A DNA stretch of 63,703 bases, filler included, from Folioceros fuciformis (Eukaryota): the NCBI GenBank assembly GCA_049999805.1. It is 5 parts of 5 records of this genome, joined end to end, with 100 filler letters (N's around TTAATTAATTAA, not from the genome) between each part and the next. Parts side by side here need not be neighbours in the genome. Positions count along the whole stretch, not along the records: positions 1 to 28,603 come from JBNGIO010006268.1; positions 28,704 to 52,816 come from JBNGIO010006271.1; 3 more parts are not named here. One strand, written 5' to 3'. The notes under the pieces are model-generated. The model searched no databases, was not told where the DNA came from, and was given only the letters and a program-made list of their open reading frames with translations. Below are positions 23,289-37,839 of this stretch, piece by piece. Each line of letters opens with the position of its first letter. Position 1 is the stretch's first letter. A program made the translations under genes and the position numbers.

Positions 23289-24764
23289 TGGGGACATAGG
23301 GTTTGTGAGTCGTGAGCAGCTTAGCTTGCTTCATCCAGGTTCTAAGTTGTGCTGTGGGGAGATAGGGTTTGTGAGGGAACTTGATTTGACCTTGTCTTTC
23401 ATCTGGAACTGGGATTCTTCAAGTGAACTTTGCACGTCTGTCACAAAGGAGTGGCAGGCGTTGCTGGAACAGTTGTTGATTGATGATGACCACTAGTACG
23501 AAGGCCCAAATACTAGACTAAGCTCACGCCAAGAGTAGTTTAGGAGCTCCTGGCTTGTTGCTCTATTGCAATTCATGTGCAAACGTAGACTGCGGTGCAT
23601 GTGCGACGCATGAGATGCTTTGTCGGCTCACGAGCTCTGAGAGCACCTCCGTAACCCAGGGCAACACGGAGCCGTAAGGGCACCTCCATCTCCCACCGGT
23701 GCGGTGCGAACTACAGGTTGTCGATTACAATATTCGTCATGCATTGTTTTTCGTTTCTTGCCTTGCCTTCACTTAGAAGCTTGCCATGACAGTTGAGTGG
23801 ACTTGACTTAATTGGCTGGTTGGAGGTGGTGGTGAGGATGGGGTGGGTCCGGTCCGCAGGCAATGCCACATGGGCTGAATTGCTATATTTATCTGGGTTC
23901 CTCATGAGGAAGGTGGCTGAGAAGCTTCTCAAACGAGTGGCTGGCCTGCCTACAAAGCTGCTCGCGATGGGCTGATGGTCAGGGGTAGGAGATGATTGGT
24001 TTGCTGGTGGTGGGCTGCCGGGGACGGGATGCTGATATAGAGCTGAGGCGATGAGTTGCTGGCAATGTGGTTGCGACTATGAGGTGTAGCGATGGGCTGC
24101 TTGCGGAGTGCTGTTGACGATGGGGTGCTGAGGATGAGCTTGGTACGCGCGGACTTCTCGACAGAGTGGCCTGAAGCGGGCGAGGTATGAACTCGACACG
24201 TGCAGCGTTTTTGCTGATTTCAATTGCATTTGCCGTTCTAGGTGGTTGTTTGCCCTTAGTCTCACAAGCTAGTCGAATGTTGCATTTTAGAAGTTGTGGC
24301 TGTGGTAGTGGCAGCTTGCATTTGCCGGCTTTGATTTGTGTGTGGAGGTCGTTGATGTCGAAGTGTGTGAACGATATGGACGTATGTCACGGAGAGCAGT
24401 AGCGACCAGCGACAGCGACGAGATGTGTGACGCCACAGATGATGAAGCGAGCAGGCGTGTAGATCAGGAGATGTGGAGTGGAGGCTGGTGGTTCTCTTCC
24501 ATACCGGATACGTTGTGCGGTGGAAGTGGGCAGCCCCGGGGCCTACTGACTGACCCTGCAACTTCGGGTGAGCTGTGGACCGGAGTGGTCGCACAACAGT
24601 GGGTGGCAGGATCCGCAGGCGTTGAATGAGTTGTGGGAATCGTAGCTCTGGAGATGGTCGGTGTTTTTGGGCGTGCGGTGGGGGTCGCATTCTTGGGCCA
24701 TTTGGGAGGATAGCATTTGATGCGCTGTGAGTCGAAGAACGTCGTGCTGGTTGTGGATGTTGTG

Positions 24765-25303
24765 CCGATGCGGATGGATGCTTGGCATGGTTGAGTGTGA
24801 AGAACAGGGATGGATGTTGATGGAGGTTAGATTGTCTTGAGCCAGGAGTGTGGGGCGTGGGCTACCTGAGGCTATTATGGTATAACGCTGATGACAGGGT
24901 GATTGTGGGTGTGGGTGCAGGATACGGTCAGTGTGCGATTTGTTTTGCTGGCGGGGCAGTCGTGAGCTATCTGTGAGGAGGGCGTTGGATGCGCTGTGAG
25001 GTTAACGTTGTTATGATTACGTCAGCGGGCGTGGTGACAACGTGACCAGGTGCAGTGCAAGTGCTGGAACGTGTGGCCTGCAGCATCTTGCTCAATTGCG
25101 CGTGTGGTGAAGGGGATTGAGCTTGGGGGTTGCTGGGATTTGTGAAGGTTTTGCTGTTGGGGATCCTGTGACCGATGCGGGTGGATGCTTTGCATGGTTG
25201 AGTGTGGTGACGGCTGACGTATGTTGTTGGCGGTTTGGTTGTCTTGAGCCAGGAGTGTGGTGCGTGGCTGAGTGAGGCTATGACGATATAAGGGTGATGA
25301 TAG
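24765..25303 (+). repeat. Diverged ~130-bp direct repeat pair in a G/T-skewed region upstream of the ROCO gene
   Basis: ccgatgcggRtggatgcttKgcatggttgagtgtg...ttgtcttgagccaggagtgtgg at ~24765 and ~25172. Confidence 0.8.
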
Positions 25304-25421
25304 CGGCGACGGTGGGTTCAGGGGTATTGGATATCTGCTGGCAGTGGTGTACGGTAGATCGTGGGACGTGGTAGCTGGGCGGTGTGGGGGCGTCCGTGGA
25401 AGTGCCAGGACGGAGTGTGGC

Positions 25422-28400
25422 ATGGCAAGTTCAAGTTCCAGCAGAGTGGGGTCGCAGGATGTGGATGGGGATCAGAAGCCAATTCCTTTTGAGTTGCAGC
25501 AGCTTCTGGCCGAGCTGGGTGCCGGTCCCTGGCCAGCAGCTGCAGATGCCGCATCTGCTTCTTCAGCCGGCACTCCGTATCGGCCAGTGCGCACGAAATT
25601 TCCTACTGATGTGGACAGAGAAGTTTTAATGCGACTGCGCGATGAGGCGAAGGGGGCAGAGGACGAGTGGGCGCTGGGAATGTGGAAGGAGATGTTCAGG
25701 GCCCTCGGTCTGTGCACTACTCTCAAGACCGTAAACGTAGATAGAAGATTTTTCGAGGAAATGAAATTGTATGCGGCGGGGTTGGAATTGGTGAAGGATT
25801 TCGTTGGGGGCTTACAACTCATATCCGAGGAGTCCAACCTGGAGACGTTGCGCCTCTATACTGGCTCTATAGAGCTTGGTCCATCCTGGCTAGATATTGA
25901 GAGTTCCATGTCAATTTGGAAGGGTTTGGGAGATTTTGCGCGTCGTAGTCGCAACCTGCGGGACTTGACACTGTTTACGAGTGAACTGCTTGATGAGGAA
26001 GTTCTCGAATTGTTGACTGGACTTGAGGCCAACCACAACTGCGTACTCCGAATCCTACGGTTGAAATGCGATATCGGCAGTTCTATTGCGGATAGGGTTA
26101 TGGTGCGACTGTTGGATCATACTGTCTATCCATCCTTGCAGCACATTCAGATTCCTTTAATGATGGATATATTTATGGGGGAAAAGATAATGTTACCTTT
26201 TATCGAAAATACACTTCTGCAACATTTGCACGTGAGTGGCAACGGCTTGAAAGTGCAGGAAGCCGCAATGGAGGTGCAGGTAGTCGCAATGGAGGCAGCC
26301 TTGCAGAGGATTGTAGACATACGGCATGGGAGAAAAACTGACATGGACAGGAGGAAAACAGGAAGTGACTATCGCCAACCGATGTTAGAGAAATTGGTAG
26401 AAGCGCTTGGAAATTATGGTGGGAAGGAAAAAATGTCAGGCAATAGATCTGTCACCAATTTCAAACTGAGTCACTTTTCCCACAGAATTGTGCCGTATGT
26501 AAACGAAATGTTCAGGGTGAACACGAAGCTGGAAAAATGTTATCTCAAACACGGTGAATGCGAATTTGCCGGCAACGGATTAACATTAGATAGGATGAAA
26601 AAGGTGAAAAGCGTGAGAATACAGGGAAGATATAGTGACAAATTCATGCACACAGTTTTCACATCTTTGGGGGAAAATGGCACACTTGTGCACCTCGACA
26701 TTGACAACTCATGCGATATGGCTGACGAGCTACTTTCAGATCTTATGCAGAGCCTGAACAGTAACAGCGTGCTCGAAACGCTAAAAATAGAAAATGAAGG
26801 CTGGAGACGGAGCGGAAAAATCGCACTCATACAAGAGCGTATGTTTGTGAGAAGGTTGATAAGACAGTATCTACCCATTTTCCCGTCTTTGGACTTCAAA
26901 CAGCCCGCTGCTGGTAAACTCTTACTTTGCGGTCCGGAAAGAGGAGGTAAAGTGTAGTGATTCCACTCTCACCAATCAACTCTTGGCTTGTTTAATACCA
27001 TTCAGTTTTTCTTCATGAGGTTGCTTTTATTATCGGATGAATAGGTTGTGATCCAGTTTGTTTTAAATTGCATGTAGGTAAAACGACGATAAGGCGAAAC
27101 ATGGTTCGCTATCTTCGATATCCTCGACTGTGGAAATGCTTGCGCTCAATAAGAGTGCCTTGGATCATGACAAAAGGTATAGCCATCGAACATGTCTTCA
27201 ATCACCAGAAAAATCTTCAAGTAAGCATTTGGGATCTTGCTGGCCAAGATGAATTCCGTTTTCTCCAGGATCATCTCTTTCCTAATATTCACCAAGCCTG
27301 CCTTTTTTGTTTCGTATTTAGTCCTTTTGATTATAAGAAAAAAAAAATTATGCTTGATAACCAAATTAGGGAATTATTTGAACAAGACTTAAAGTATTGG
27401 TTAACATTTATTGTATCTAATGTTAAACAAGGAGATGTAATAAAACCCAAGATATTAGTTATAATTACACATGAAGACAAGTTCAAAACGAGGAGAAAAG
27501 AGATTAAAAATCTTTTAGAAGAAAAGGTATCTAGGCTAACACAAACTTTCTCCGATCGAGTAGATATAATTTCAAAATTGAAAATCATTGAGGCTCCGTC
27601 CTTGAAATGTATGAAGGAATTAACAAATGAGGTAATATCACAATTGAAACATTTGTGCTTAGTCTCTCCTGAAATTCCGAGCGTGTGTGAGAAGTTGGGT
27701 AATGTCTTGATTGAGTGGGTATCTAAAAATCCTTTTGAACCTGTCATGAGTCAACAAGATTTTAACTGCTTTTGTATTGAAAACCTCAAGGATTTGAAGA
27801 ACTTCCAAGTGAATGGTCAAGAGCATATAGCCATTGCCATTGCCATTACCGCCTACCTCCATGATATCGGTAAAATCATTCATTTCAAAGACTGTGAACT
27901 GGTAGCAGTTAATCCCCACTGGATTACTCATGATTTTTTAGGTCATTTGATGCAATTACGTAGATTTGACTCACCCCCGACTAACCAAGTACAAATACCA
28001 TGCTTGCCTACTACTGCCCAAGGATTTGTACAACGAAAAACACTTGTGGATACCCTCAAAATCTTTACAGAGAAGCATACTAGACTTGAGCCCAAAGACT
28101 TGGTGAATATTATGGAAGAGTTGAAGTTATGCTATGAAGCATCCCTAGAAGATGTAGACAAGCCAGGGTGTTTCATGGAGGAGAAAGGGTATTTCATTCC
28201 ATTAACACTCAAGAAACAAGAAGGCTCGAGAAACAAGACGTCTCTTCAATGGGGGACTAAAGATGAGAACACATCGGAATTTATAGGAAGAAGATTACAA
28301 TGTGAAGATCCTCGTACTATCCTAACTGAGGGCTTCTTCCCAAGGGTCCAGGTACATATTCACATATCGTTTCTTCTATTGCAATTCATATGTGATGAAA

Positions 28401-28603
28401 AGAATAGGATTATGTACTAAACCATTTGACCATCTTTAGGTGGCATTGCGCAAGAGTCTCTGTGAAAAGAAGCATTTGGGAATGCAATCTCCCCAGCAGT
28501 ACAGCTTTGGTTACAACAATATATCTATTCTTTGCAATGGACTGGATATTCTTATTGAATACAGCGGTGGCGGGCACATTGGCTGTTATGTTGACATCCT
28601 CGT
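25422..28603 (+). CDS. TORNADO1-like ROCO protein (RI-like LRRs, Roc GTPase, COR); 3' end truncated by a gap. Introns 26947-27077 and 28352-28439
   Basis: LRR-like segments (LGENGTLVHLDI, LNSNSVLETLKI). P-loop LLLCGPERGG|KTT is split by an intron. Also TKGI, IWDLAGQDEF, ITHED, COR YLHDIGKIIHF..LVAVNPHW, and TRN1-like FIGRRLQCED..LTEGFFPRVQV. Confidence 0.85.
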
Positions 28604-28703
28604 NNNNNNNNNNNNNNNNNNNNNNNNNNNNNNNNNNNNNNNNNNNNTTAATTAATTAANNNNNNNNNNNNNNNNNNNNNNNNNNNNNNNNNNNNNNNNN
28701 NNN
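28604..28703. other. Assembly gap with artificial TTAATTAATTAA linker (same design at 52817-52916, 58803-58902, 61808-61907)
   Basis: N-flanked 12-mer that places stop codons in all six frames. Confidence 0.97.
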
Positions 28704-29931
<1,228 letters not shown>

Positions 29932-30318
29932 AACCTCCTCCTTCTCCTCCACCACTAAGATATCCTACTAAGGAATTGGCCGCCTCGAATCCTACAACCC
30001 TTTCGGAGTACAAGTGTGAGTCCTGCCACTCCGAAGTCGAAACCGATACTTTGGCGACAACGCACGCAGCTTGGACAGGTGAGGAAACGAGGATCTCAAA
30101 GGAAAATCCACTCGAATGAGATCAGTACAACTTAAACATGAGTACGAGTGGTACAAGTGACAAAACCAAGTGTAGCCTACACGAGATGCCCGAATGCCAG
30201 TACTAATGTTGGCCACGCGACCCTTTCCTGTTTCAATACAGGCCCCCTTTCAATCATTCCTCCTGGGTGGGACGGATCAAATCTGCCATCCATCGTTCAC
30301 AAGTGCATGACAAATTGC

Positions 30319-30693
30319 AAGGACAGGACTGAAGTTGAGGACAGGACTGAAGTTGCTTGCAGCACAAGCTTCGTTACGTAAACTGGAGCAATTGACGCAA
30401 ACACCGGGCCCACCCACCACCCCAGAAGGCCAGGCCCTCCTGACTTGCCCGCCATACAGGTTTACGTTGCAGTCTGCACACCATTTCTGTACATTGCAGT
30501 TCATTCCTCCAGAGACAGCCTCATGCAGCTCTGCATCGAAGAGTACTCCTCTTGCCCCCTCAGGCTACCTCCCTTGGGCTAGAGGCTGCCTCCTGTGCCA
30601 TAGCATGACCAGGTACAACAGTCTGCCCCCCCACCATCCCCTATGCTAGTAGAGGCTGCCTCTCGTGCCATAGCATGATCAGGTACGACAGTA
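30319..30693 (+). repeat. Short direct repeats upstream of ALDH3 (18-bp x2; ~42-bp x2)
   Basis: aggacaggactgaagttg twice (30320-30355); agaggctgcct..gtgccatagcatga.caggtac.acagt at ~30581 and ~30652. Confidence 0.75.
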
Positions 30694-32677
30694 GTCCGCC
30701 CACCTATGGTAGTAGGGTGATGGAATCATGCATGCACGGAAACGGATGGGGTGATGGAAAGGGGCCTGTTGCATGTACATGCCCTCACTTGGCCCAGGAG
30801 GCGGACAGGATTGTGCCGGACTTGATATTCCATACTCGTGTGAGAGAGAGGACGGATGATGCGTCCATTCATCCTCAGGTGGACACGAGTGCTCCTGAAA
30901 GCCTTCATTCCACCGCCTCTGTTGGGCACCAGGCCGGTAGGTGAGCCTGCCCTTTCCAGGGGGGCTGTTTCAGTAAGTATCATTCAGTTTGTGGGAGTCT
31001 GCAGCGCAGCACCCATATTTGTTGTCGTTGTAGTTGTTGTTGTGGTGGTGGTGGTGTTCTGGTGGGTGTGGGCGTGGATCCAGTTTTGTTCTCGTGTTCC
31101 GGTAGGCGAGGAAAGATCCGAGCTGCCAGAATATCAGCGTGATATCTCAAAGCTTGCGGTTACGGGCATGAGAAGCCGTCCATTAGATAATTCTTCCCCC
31201 CAGCTCACAGGCAACATGGAATGTGGGCAAAGATGACGATTCCTGTACGCGTCACACATGATGTGCGAATGCTTCGATGGTGACTGCCGGCTTGTTTTGG
31301 AGCATTCACGTGTTGAAAGATGGCTCTTTGGTGATGGAAGGTCTCACCTCTGACACGCTTGAGGCTGGTACACATTACATCATATATTCATAGGGACAGT
31401 GCACAGCTCTTCCAGCCGGAGGAATAACCACAAGTCCATAGTTGACGGATTTCGAAAGTCTTCGGTTGTGGTACGACATGCCAGACGTAACAGGCTGATC
31501 CTTCCGGGCATCATCTCAAGCGTCGTCTGCAGAGTGTGATAGCATCTCTCATGGATGGACGCCTCGCGTGTCCCTTATCTCTTCCCCAAGATTGATTGCC
31601 TTCAAACCTGAAAGCGACGTGGATAAGGAATGAGTGCGATAAGGATGGCGGGAATCGTGACCTGTCGCTGTTGCGTTACAGTCAGCTCGTTTCCGGGAAA
31701 CAGCTGGACTTCACCTTGCGCAAGGACCCACCAAGGCTTTCTTCTGCAAACGGAGGGTCTTCAACTTCTTCGCGTGTGAAGAAGACCTTTTGAAAGCTTG
31801 GGCAGGAGAGGTTGGTGATAGAAGACGGTCGTTTTCATCATGAACCGCAAGCACACCTTATGCTTTTTATTCTCTTGGAGAAGATGCGAGATGAGCTGAC
31901 GGGCTGACGGGCTGACGGGAGGAGATGTCTTGGGCCATCGCAAGAGATATGAGGTTCCTTGCCTTGGGCCCTGTGTAGGTTCTTCTCTTTTGTTCGTAGG
32001 AAGCTACCAGCTATCACAAGACCGTCATTGTCAAAAATGCACGTGAGATTGTATTCGTTTCCATTATGCATCTGAAGTGTTAGAATATTACTAACAACAA
32101 AACACATACAACCGGTCTTACAACTAAGAGATTACAGTGGAGCCTACCGGACAGGTAAATCCACATCCCACCTAGACAGTGGCAAACCCTAAGCTTTTCC
32201 AAGAGCGACATAGCGACCAAATTTTTCTTTGAAAAGATGAAACTGGAGCCAGATTTGAGAAATCTGTTCGAGTCGCAACCATTTGAAGCACAGAACCTCA
32301 CTCTAAGTGGCACCTAGGGCAAGGCAAACTTTGAACCTCCAGTCTATGATGTATCTGGGAACGCTAGGGAAGAAGGCCGGCCGACACCAGCTCCTGGTCG
32401 CTAGAGGAATTGCTGAGGATAAAAACCACGGATGATGCGACCCATGTGCATCCCGTTGCCAAATCATTTTGCCACCTTCCCTCAAGGTGGCTGTAGCCCA
32501 TGCTGCAGGGCAGGTCAGATACCATTGCCAGCTACGGAAAAACAGGGAATATTTTCTACGGTTACGCTGATGGTAGCCAGCCCAGGCAGTGCCAGAGCAC
32601 AATCTCCGCCCCAAAACCTGGTATGTTGTTCTCGTGTAGCAATACAACAGCAGGCATCAAGGACCAGATATTTCCCC

Positions 32678-35600
32678 TCATGCCAGGTATCTAAACAAGT
32701 TGGCGTTGTCTTTGTCGCGCTCCAGATACTCCCTGGCAATTAAGTCCTCGATGCGCTTTTTGATAATCTTGAAATCAGGCTGTCCAAGAACGACATGGAC
32801 AGGAACGTCACAATAGAGCCCTACCTTCAAGTGATTAACCAAACAATACACAGCTCTTCCTGAACTGAACTTGCCAAACGGAGACCCAAGAAACAGACTT
32901 CCCCACACACAAATGGCTTACCTTGAACATCCTACCAAGCTGGTCTACACATTCCAACACAAGCTGTTGGTGCTGCAGCACCTTCCGGCTCTTCATTATC
33001 CGGACAATTGAAGCATCAATCGCATATCGCCTGTCTTTATCCACATCCTCAATAACCTTCTTCTTCTCATCAACTGGTGGCAAGGGAATCTGCCAACCAC
33101 AAAGACATTATCACAATTGAAGTGCATAAAATAAATGAAACGACCCATCACATTGACTCAGGTTTGAACAGTACCTTGATTCTCCTCATCTTGTCTGTGA
33201 ACTTGGAGTTCCACTCAAACACATCGTTTGTGCCAACCGTCTTCGTATTTGGCTCCTTGTTAAGGAGCTTGTATTTTGCACATGACAGAGAGTGCAATAA
33301 CCTAACTACATCCTCGTCTGTCAAATTGAGCTGGGACTTGATGTCTGAGTAGCTAAGCCTCTCAGCTGCATTAAACAGCAGGAGGACTGCCGCCTACACA
33401 AACGAAACTGGTTGAGAAGACAAAATTTGCACAGCATGCCTTGAACTTATTTGCTGATCCAGACTCTAAGAAAGTTCCAACAAGGCAACCATCATACCTG
33501 ATAGGTGGTCACAATCAACTCAATTGATTTAGCATCAAATCGGCCTGAGATGTTGCAAGTCCCCAGTGAGTATATCCAGGTCAACTTCCGGTGTTTTGTC
33601 TTTGTCTGGTAAAAGTCCTTGAAGACCTCAACACATTTAACCTGCAATCACAGCTCAAAATGATTCACGCTTCGAGCCTCAATCCTGCACACAGGATAAA
33701 GACACATCACGCATGGCGAACACCTACCATTTCTTCGGGGAGTGCTAGATCCGAGGACTTGTAACTTGGCCAGAAACCGGTTGTTAGAACTGTTACGGTC
33801 AAGTCAATGCCAGGATGTTGGGAGGCATCCGCTGCCTCCAAATAATCTTCGAAGTTTGTCTGATTCTCCCGAGCAAGAGTCAAGTCCGTTACCTGGTAGC
33901 AACAGGAACATGAGATAAGAATTTTTCCATTCCACAATAATATCCAAGGAGGCTCTGCAAAACATGCTAGCAAGAGAGGCCTTACCATTCCCTCCATTTT
34001 GGACGTGAACTGGCCTCCACACTGTTGCTTCAACTTGGTCAAAATGCTACGCTCATGGTCGTCATTTGCACTTTTATCAAACAACAACCTCCGCGCCAGC
34101 TTCTTTCTGGGGTCCCAGGGAAGAGAAAAATAAGGAATTAGGCATTCCTCAAGACGCCAAAGTAGAAAAATGTAAACAAAACACACATCACATACCTGTA
34201 AAACTCAGCAAATAGATCTTTGTCGCTGATGTAGGCAAGGAGCTTCACAACCTGATTGTGAACAAATTGCTTGTTAGCCTCACAAAATATTTCTCCATTT
34301 TGATGTTGCAGCTCAAAAGAAAAGTAAGCCCAAACTACAATCTGAAACCAGAAGTAGAACCTTTTCCAGAGTATCCTCGATGGCTTCATCGCTCAGCTTT
34401 TCACTGCCACCCTTCTTCAAAAGATTGTCACAGAAAGTGGCCAGCAGTTCTGCACTGGTGCTTCCAGCAACACCCTTGTTGCAAAACACTTCAAATGCTT
34501 CTTTCAAGGCCTGTCCGTGTACAGGCAGGTGAACAAAGATGAAGAGCCATCTTGGAGTGAGGACTAAAGCATAGAGGCAAGTTGCAGTGTTCACAAAAAC
34601 GCCAGAAAACTTGAAGCTGCCCTTACCTTATGAAATAAGGAATGGTTTTGAAAGCAGTCATTGACGTACTGCAGATACTTGTCATGTAACTCAATGACCT
34701 TGCGAACGAAAGCCTGAAAAAGGTCAATTGACAAGTTAGGCGCATTCAAGGATACCACTCAAAGCCAGAACAGGAGATGTGGACGAAACTTCAAACCCAT
34801 AAGCACATCCAAAGAACGCAAGCACACCTGCTCCTGCACGCCTACAGTATCTTTCTTCTCATTCTGTCAAGTACAACCATAGTATAAGCCGTGGTAAGTG
34901 AAAAAAACCTAAATCCCAGCCACAGGAGCAAACAATAAGGGCAGTTTTGTTGCGTCCGCAAGAAACTCACCTTTTTGTTACTGGCGGCATCCTCTGCATG
35001 CTTCACCAGAGCTGTACCTTCACCAGTCACATGCTGCGCAAGTAACACAAATACCTCATCAGTATTTGGGCTACGTCAATGTCAAATACAGCCATGAAAA
35101 AACAGTGGGAGACAAACTCACCTGTCTAAATATCAAAGCAACAGGCTCCAATCCTCTCGGGATCCTGTGAAACAGTCTGTACATCCTTGAGAGGTCCTCA
35201 ACCTGCAACAAAAACAGAATTGCCCACCTGAAAGTCAAGAAGGAGGGGATGACCAAAAGTAGCACATACGACCATGATCAACCTGCTTTGAGGTGAAACT
35301 CACAGGAGAACAGACAACTACCAAACGGAACCAAGTATAGACAAGAATATCGGGCAAACCTTATCATCCCTCAACAGTGCGTGACATCCTGAGTGTTCTT
35401 TCTCGAGTAGCTGGTTCTCATACTGAGTTAGCAATTCATGTTGTACTTTCTGCAGACGAATGGAATTGTTAACCTCAAGGAACGACAGCCATCACTGCTG
35501 TTCAGACATATCTCAGCGAACATGAAGGCTGGGCTAAAGGGCAAGAACAAACCTCCAGCAATTTCACTTCACTCGAAGTGTGTAGATAGTGACCAACCCT

Positions 35601-36903
35601 TTCCTTCTCCCTTTTCAAACACTCCTCCGCCTGCTAGACAAAAGGAACCTTAGGGCACGCCACTGCAATATCATACCCATCTCAAATACAGCAACAGTGG
35701 ACTACACTGCCACGTACAGAACGGTGAGAAACTAAGTAACAGGAGCAAGACCTTGAGCATGTAGTCTGGACAAGAGTCCTCCTCGATCCAGGAGGCTGCC
35801 TTGCGAGAGTAGAAAGCAGCAGTATCCTGAAGCATGTAAGCTTCGAAATCTGTTTCATAAGCATCCATGTTTCCCATTCCAATTTCGACGAAGATTCCCA
35901 AAACATTCTTAAGCAGAGCACGATCAATCTGCTCCCCTTCCCGTTCCCGGTCGATCTGCATAAAGCAGACAAAATGTCAATACACGAGACCACAAGCAAG
36001 AGAATGGGCCACGAGAATCAGTGCAACTTACCAATGCAATCACGGCATCTTTGACGTTATGCCTCATCTCTTGATACACCTGCAATAACCAGTGGAATGT
36101 GAATGTTAGAGACGAACAGTCTTCGGCAAAAATGTAATATGAATGTCAGAGATGAACAGTCTCCGGCGAAAATCTCGAGGCTAAACGTGAAGCCCCCAAA
36201 CAGCAGAGGAAACGCAGCCAGGACGTACCAGATCCCGGAAACACACCAAACCAACTTCACTCAATGGTGCAAGTGATCGCCTATTGATGAAGTAGCGATC
36301 CAGGTAGTTGAAGAACCGAGACAACCACCGCACCATGACCTTGTGATTGTCCCATCGCTTCACAAGCTCTCTCAACATATACTCATCATACTTCTCCCGC
36401 AGGGCAGGAAGAACCTGTCACACATACATGGTAGGGAAGTACACGCTTCAGAGCGCCGAACCCCAGCATAGTGCAAGGGCAGCCCGCAACCAACAAATAT
36501 GCCTACCTTGGAGTTGATGTAATCCTCGAAAGATTCCCTGTATCTGTCGTATAATTGTTGCGAGTAGTCCTGAGGTGGCTTTTGCGTACACATGTTGTAG
36601 ATGGTTCTGCAAGTGTCATGCCAAGGAATCACAGCCCCGAAGACAGACGAAAACTGAACAAAACAAGCTCCAAAGTATCTCATTCTACACTTCCACCGCC
36701 ACAGACATTCCTCCCTCCCTACCAACAGAAAATGCAAAGCAAAGCACGTGAAGAGCATACGTGTACAGCATGATGTACTCCTCCGAATTGAATTGCTGCT
36801 CCGGCACACCCTCGAGAAGATTTTTCAATTTGGTGATGCCTTTCTGCATAAAGTCCCATCCTGACTCTAGTTCTATCACTCTCCTCTCCGGATTCACCGC
36901 CAT
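32678..36903 (-). CDS. CUL1: Cullin-1 (SCF scaffold), about 19 coding exons
   Basis: [73 protein letters not shown], neddylation motif [13 protein letters not shown], and [20 protein letters not shown]. Confidence 0.97.
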
Positions 36904-37839
36904 GGCTCCTACTTGGATTTCAATGCGGCACGTGCGTGCGCAGCCGACCAGTCACCGAGCGGACTCCTCAAAATCAACCGTCCCCGTGCACACTACCGCG
37001 CCTCAAATTACACCCTCCGATTCCCAACAACCCGTGGAGCATTGAGTCCCTGCTACCTGTTGCCTGAGCCTACACCTAACCAAGCCAATCCCGATCACAC
37101 CATGCCCGAGGCCAGTCCAGCGGCAGGCAATTCAGGCCCCGGATAGTGCACCAGCCTGCGGATCCTGGCAGCCTGCCCTAGCACTCCAATCCTACCCTGC
37201 GCGAGCTCCCGCCGGGTCAATTCCTATGGTGCACCAGCAAACCTACCACCGCAGCAGCAGGCGGGGGACCTCTTCCAGATCTTCCCTGCAAGGAGGACGC
37301 GTCAGACCAAGAGGAGCGGGAGAAGGGAGGTGCGGACACCGCTAGGGCAAGAGACCGGACTGTTAGGTGCAAGCGGGGAGGACTGCACTAGCCACACCGC
37401 CCGCATCCTCATCGCGGGATGTTGCAAAGCAGAGATAAGAGCAGAGAGGTAGAGGCAGGGTTTGCGGTAAAAGGCAACTATTTAAGCCTGCCTGGAAGAA
37501 GACGAAGGCTCTTCAAAAGGTTTCGCGACCCTCAAATATAGGCGCCTGCAACAAATATAGACCGCCTAATGCTAAATCTCGCCATTGTGCTTTTCCAAGC
37601 TCGGTTTCACTGCCCATATTGTAATCTTCTTTTCAACAACATGTATGTACTTATTCATAATTCTGTCCAAGCCCCCTATCGAACAGCCCTTGGGTTTATC
37701 TCGATATCAGTATTAATATATTAATATAAACCAAACCCCCCTCCTTTCCCATATTATATTTAAAAGAAATGAAGATCTCATCCACCTCATATATTTTTTA
37801 ATTTCCTCTATTTCAAGTATAAAAAAAGACAAGATAGTG

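Noticed and set aside
28648-28659. Recurrent palindromic TTAATTAATTAA inside N runs (four times)
   Set aside because: It is an artificial six-frame-stop scaffolding linker. Adjacency across these gaps (ROCO/ALDH3, copia pieces) should not be interpreted biologically.
30319-30693. Short direct repeats resembling CRISPR repeats (also 3193-3303 and 16770-16990)
   Set aside because: Only two imperfect copies each, no regular spacers, no cas genes, and a eukaryotic context.
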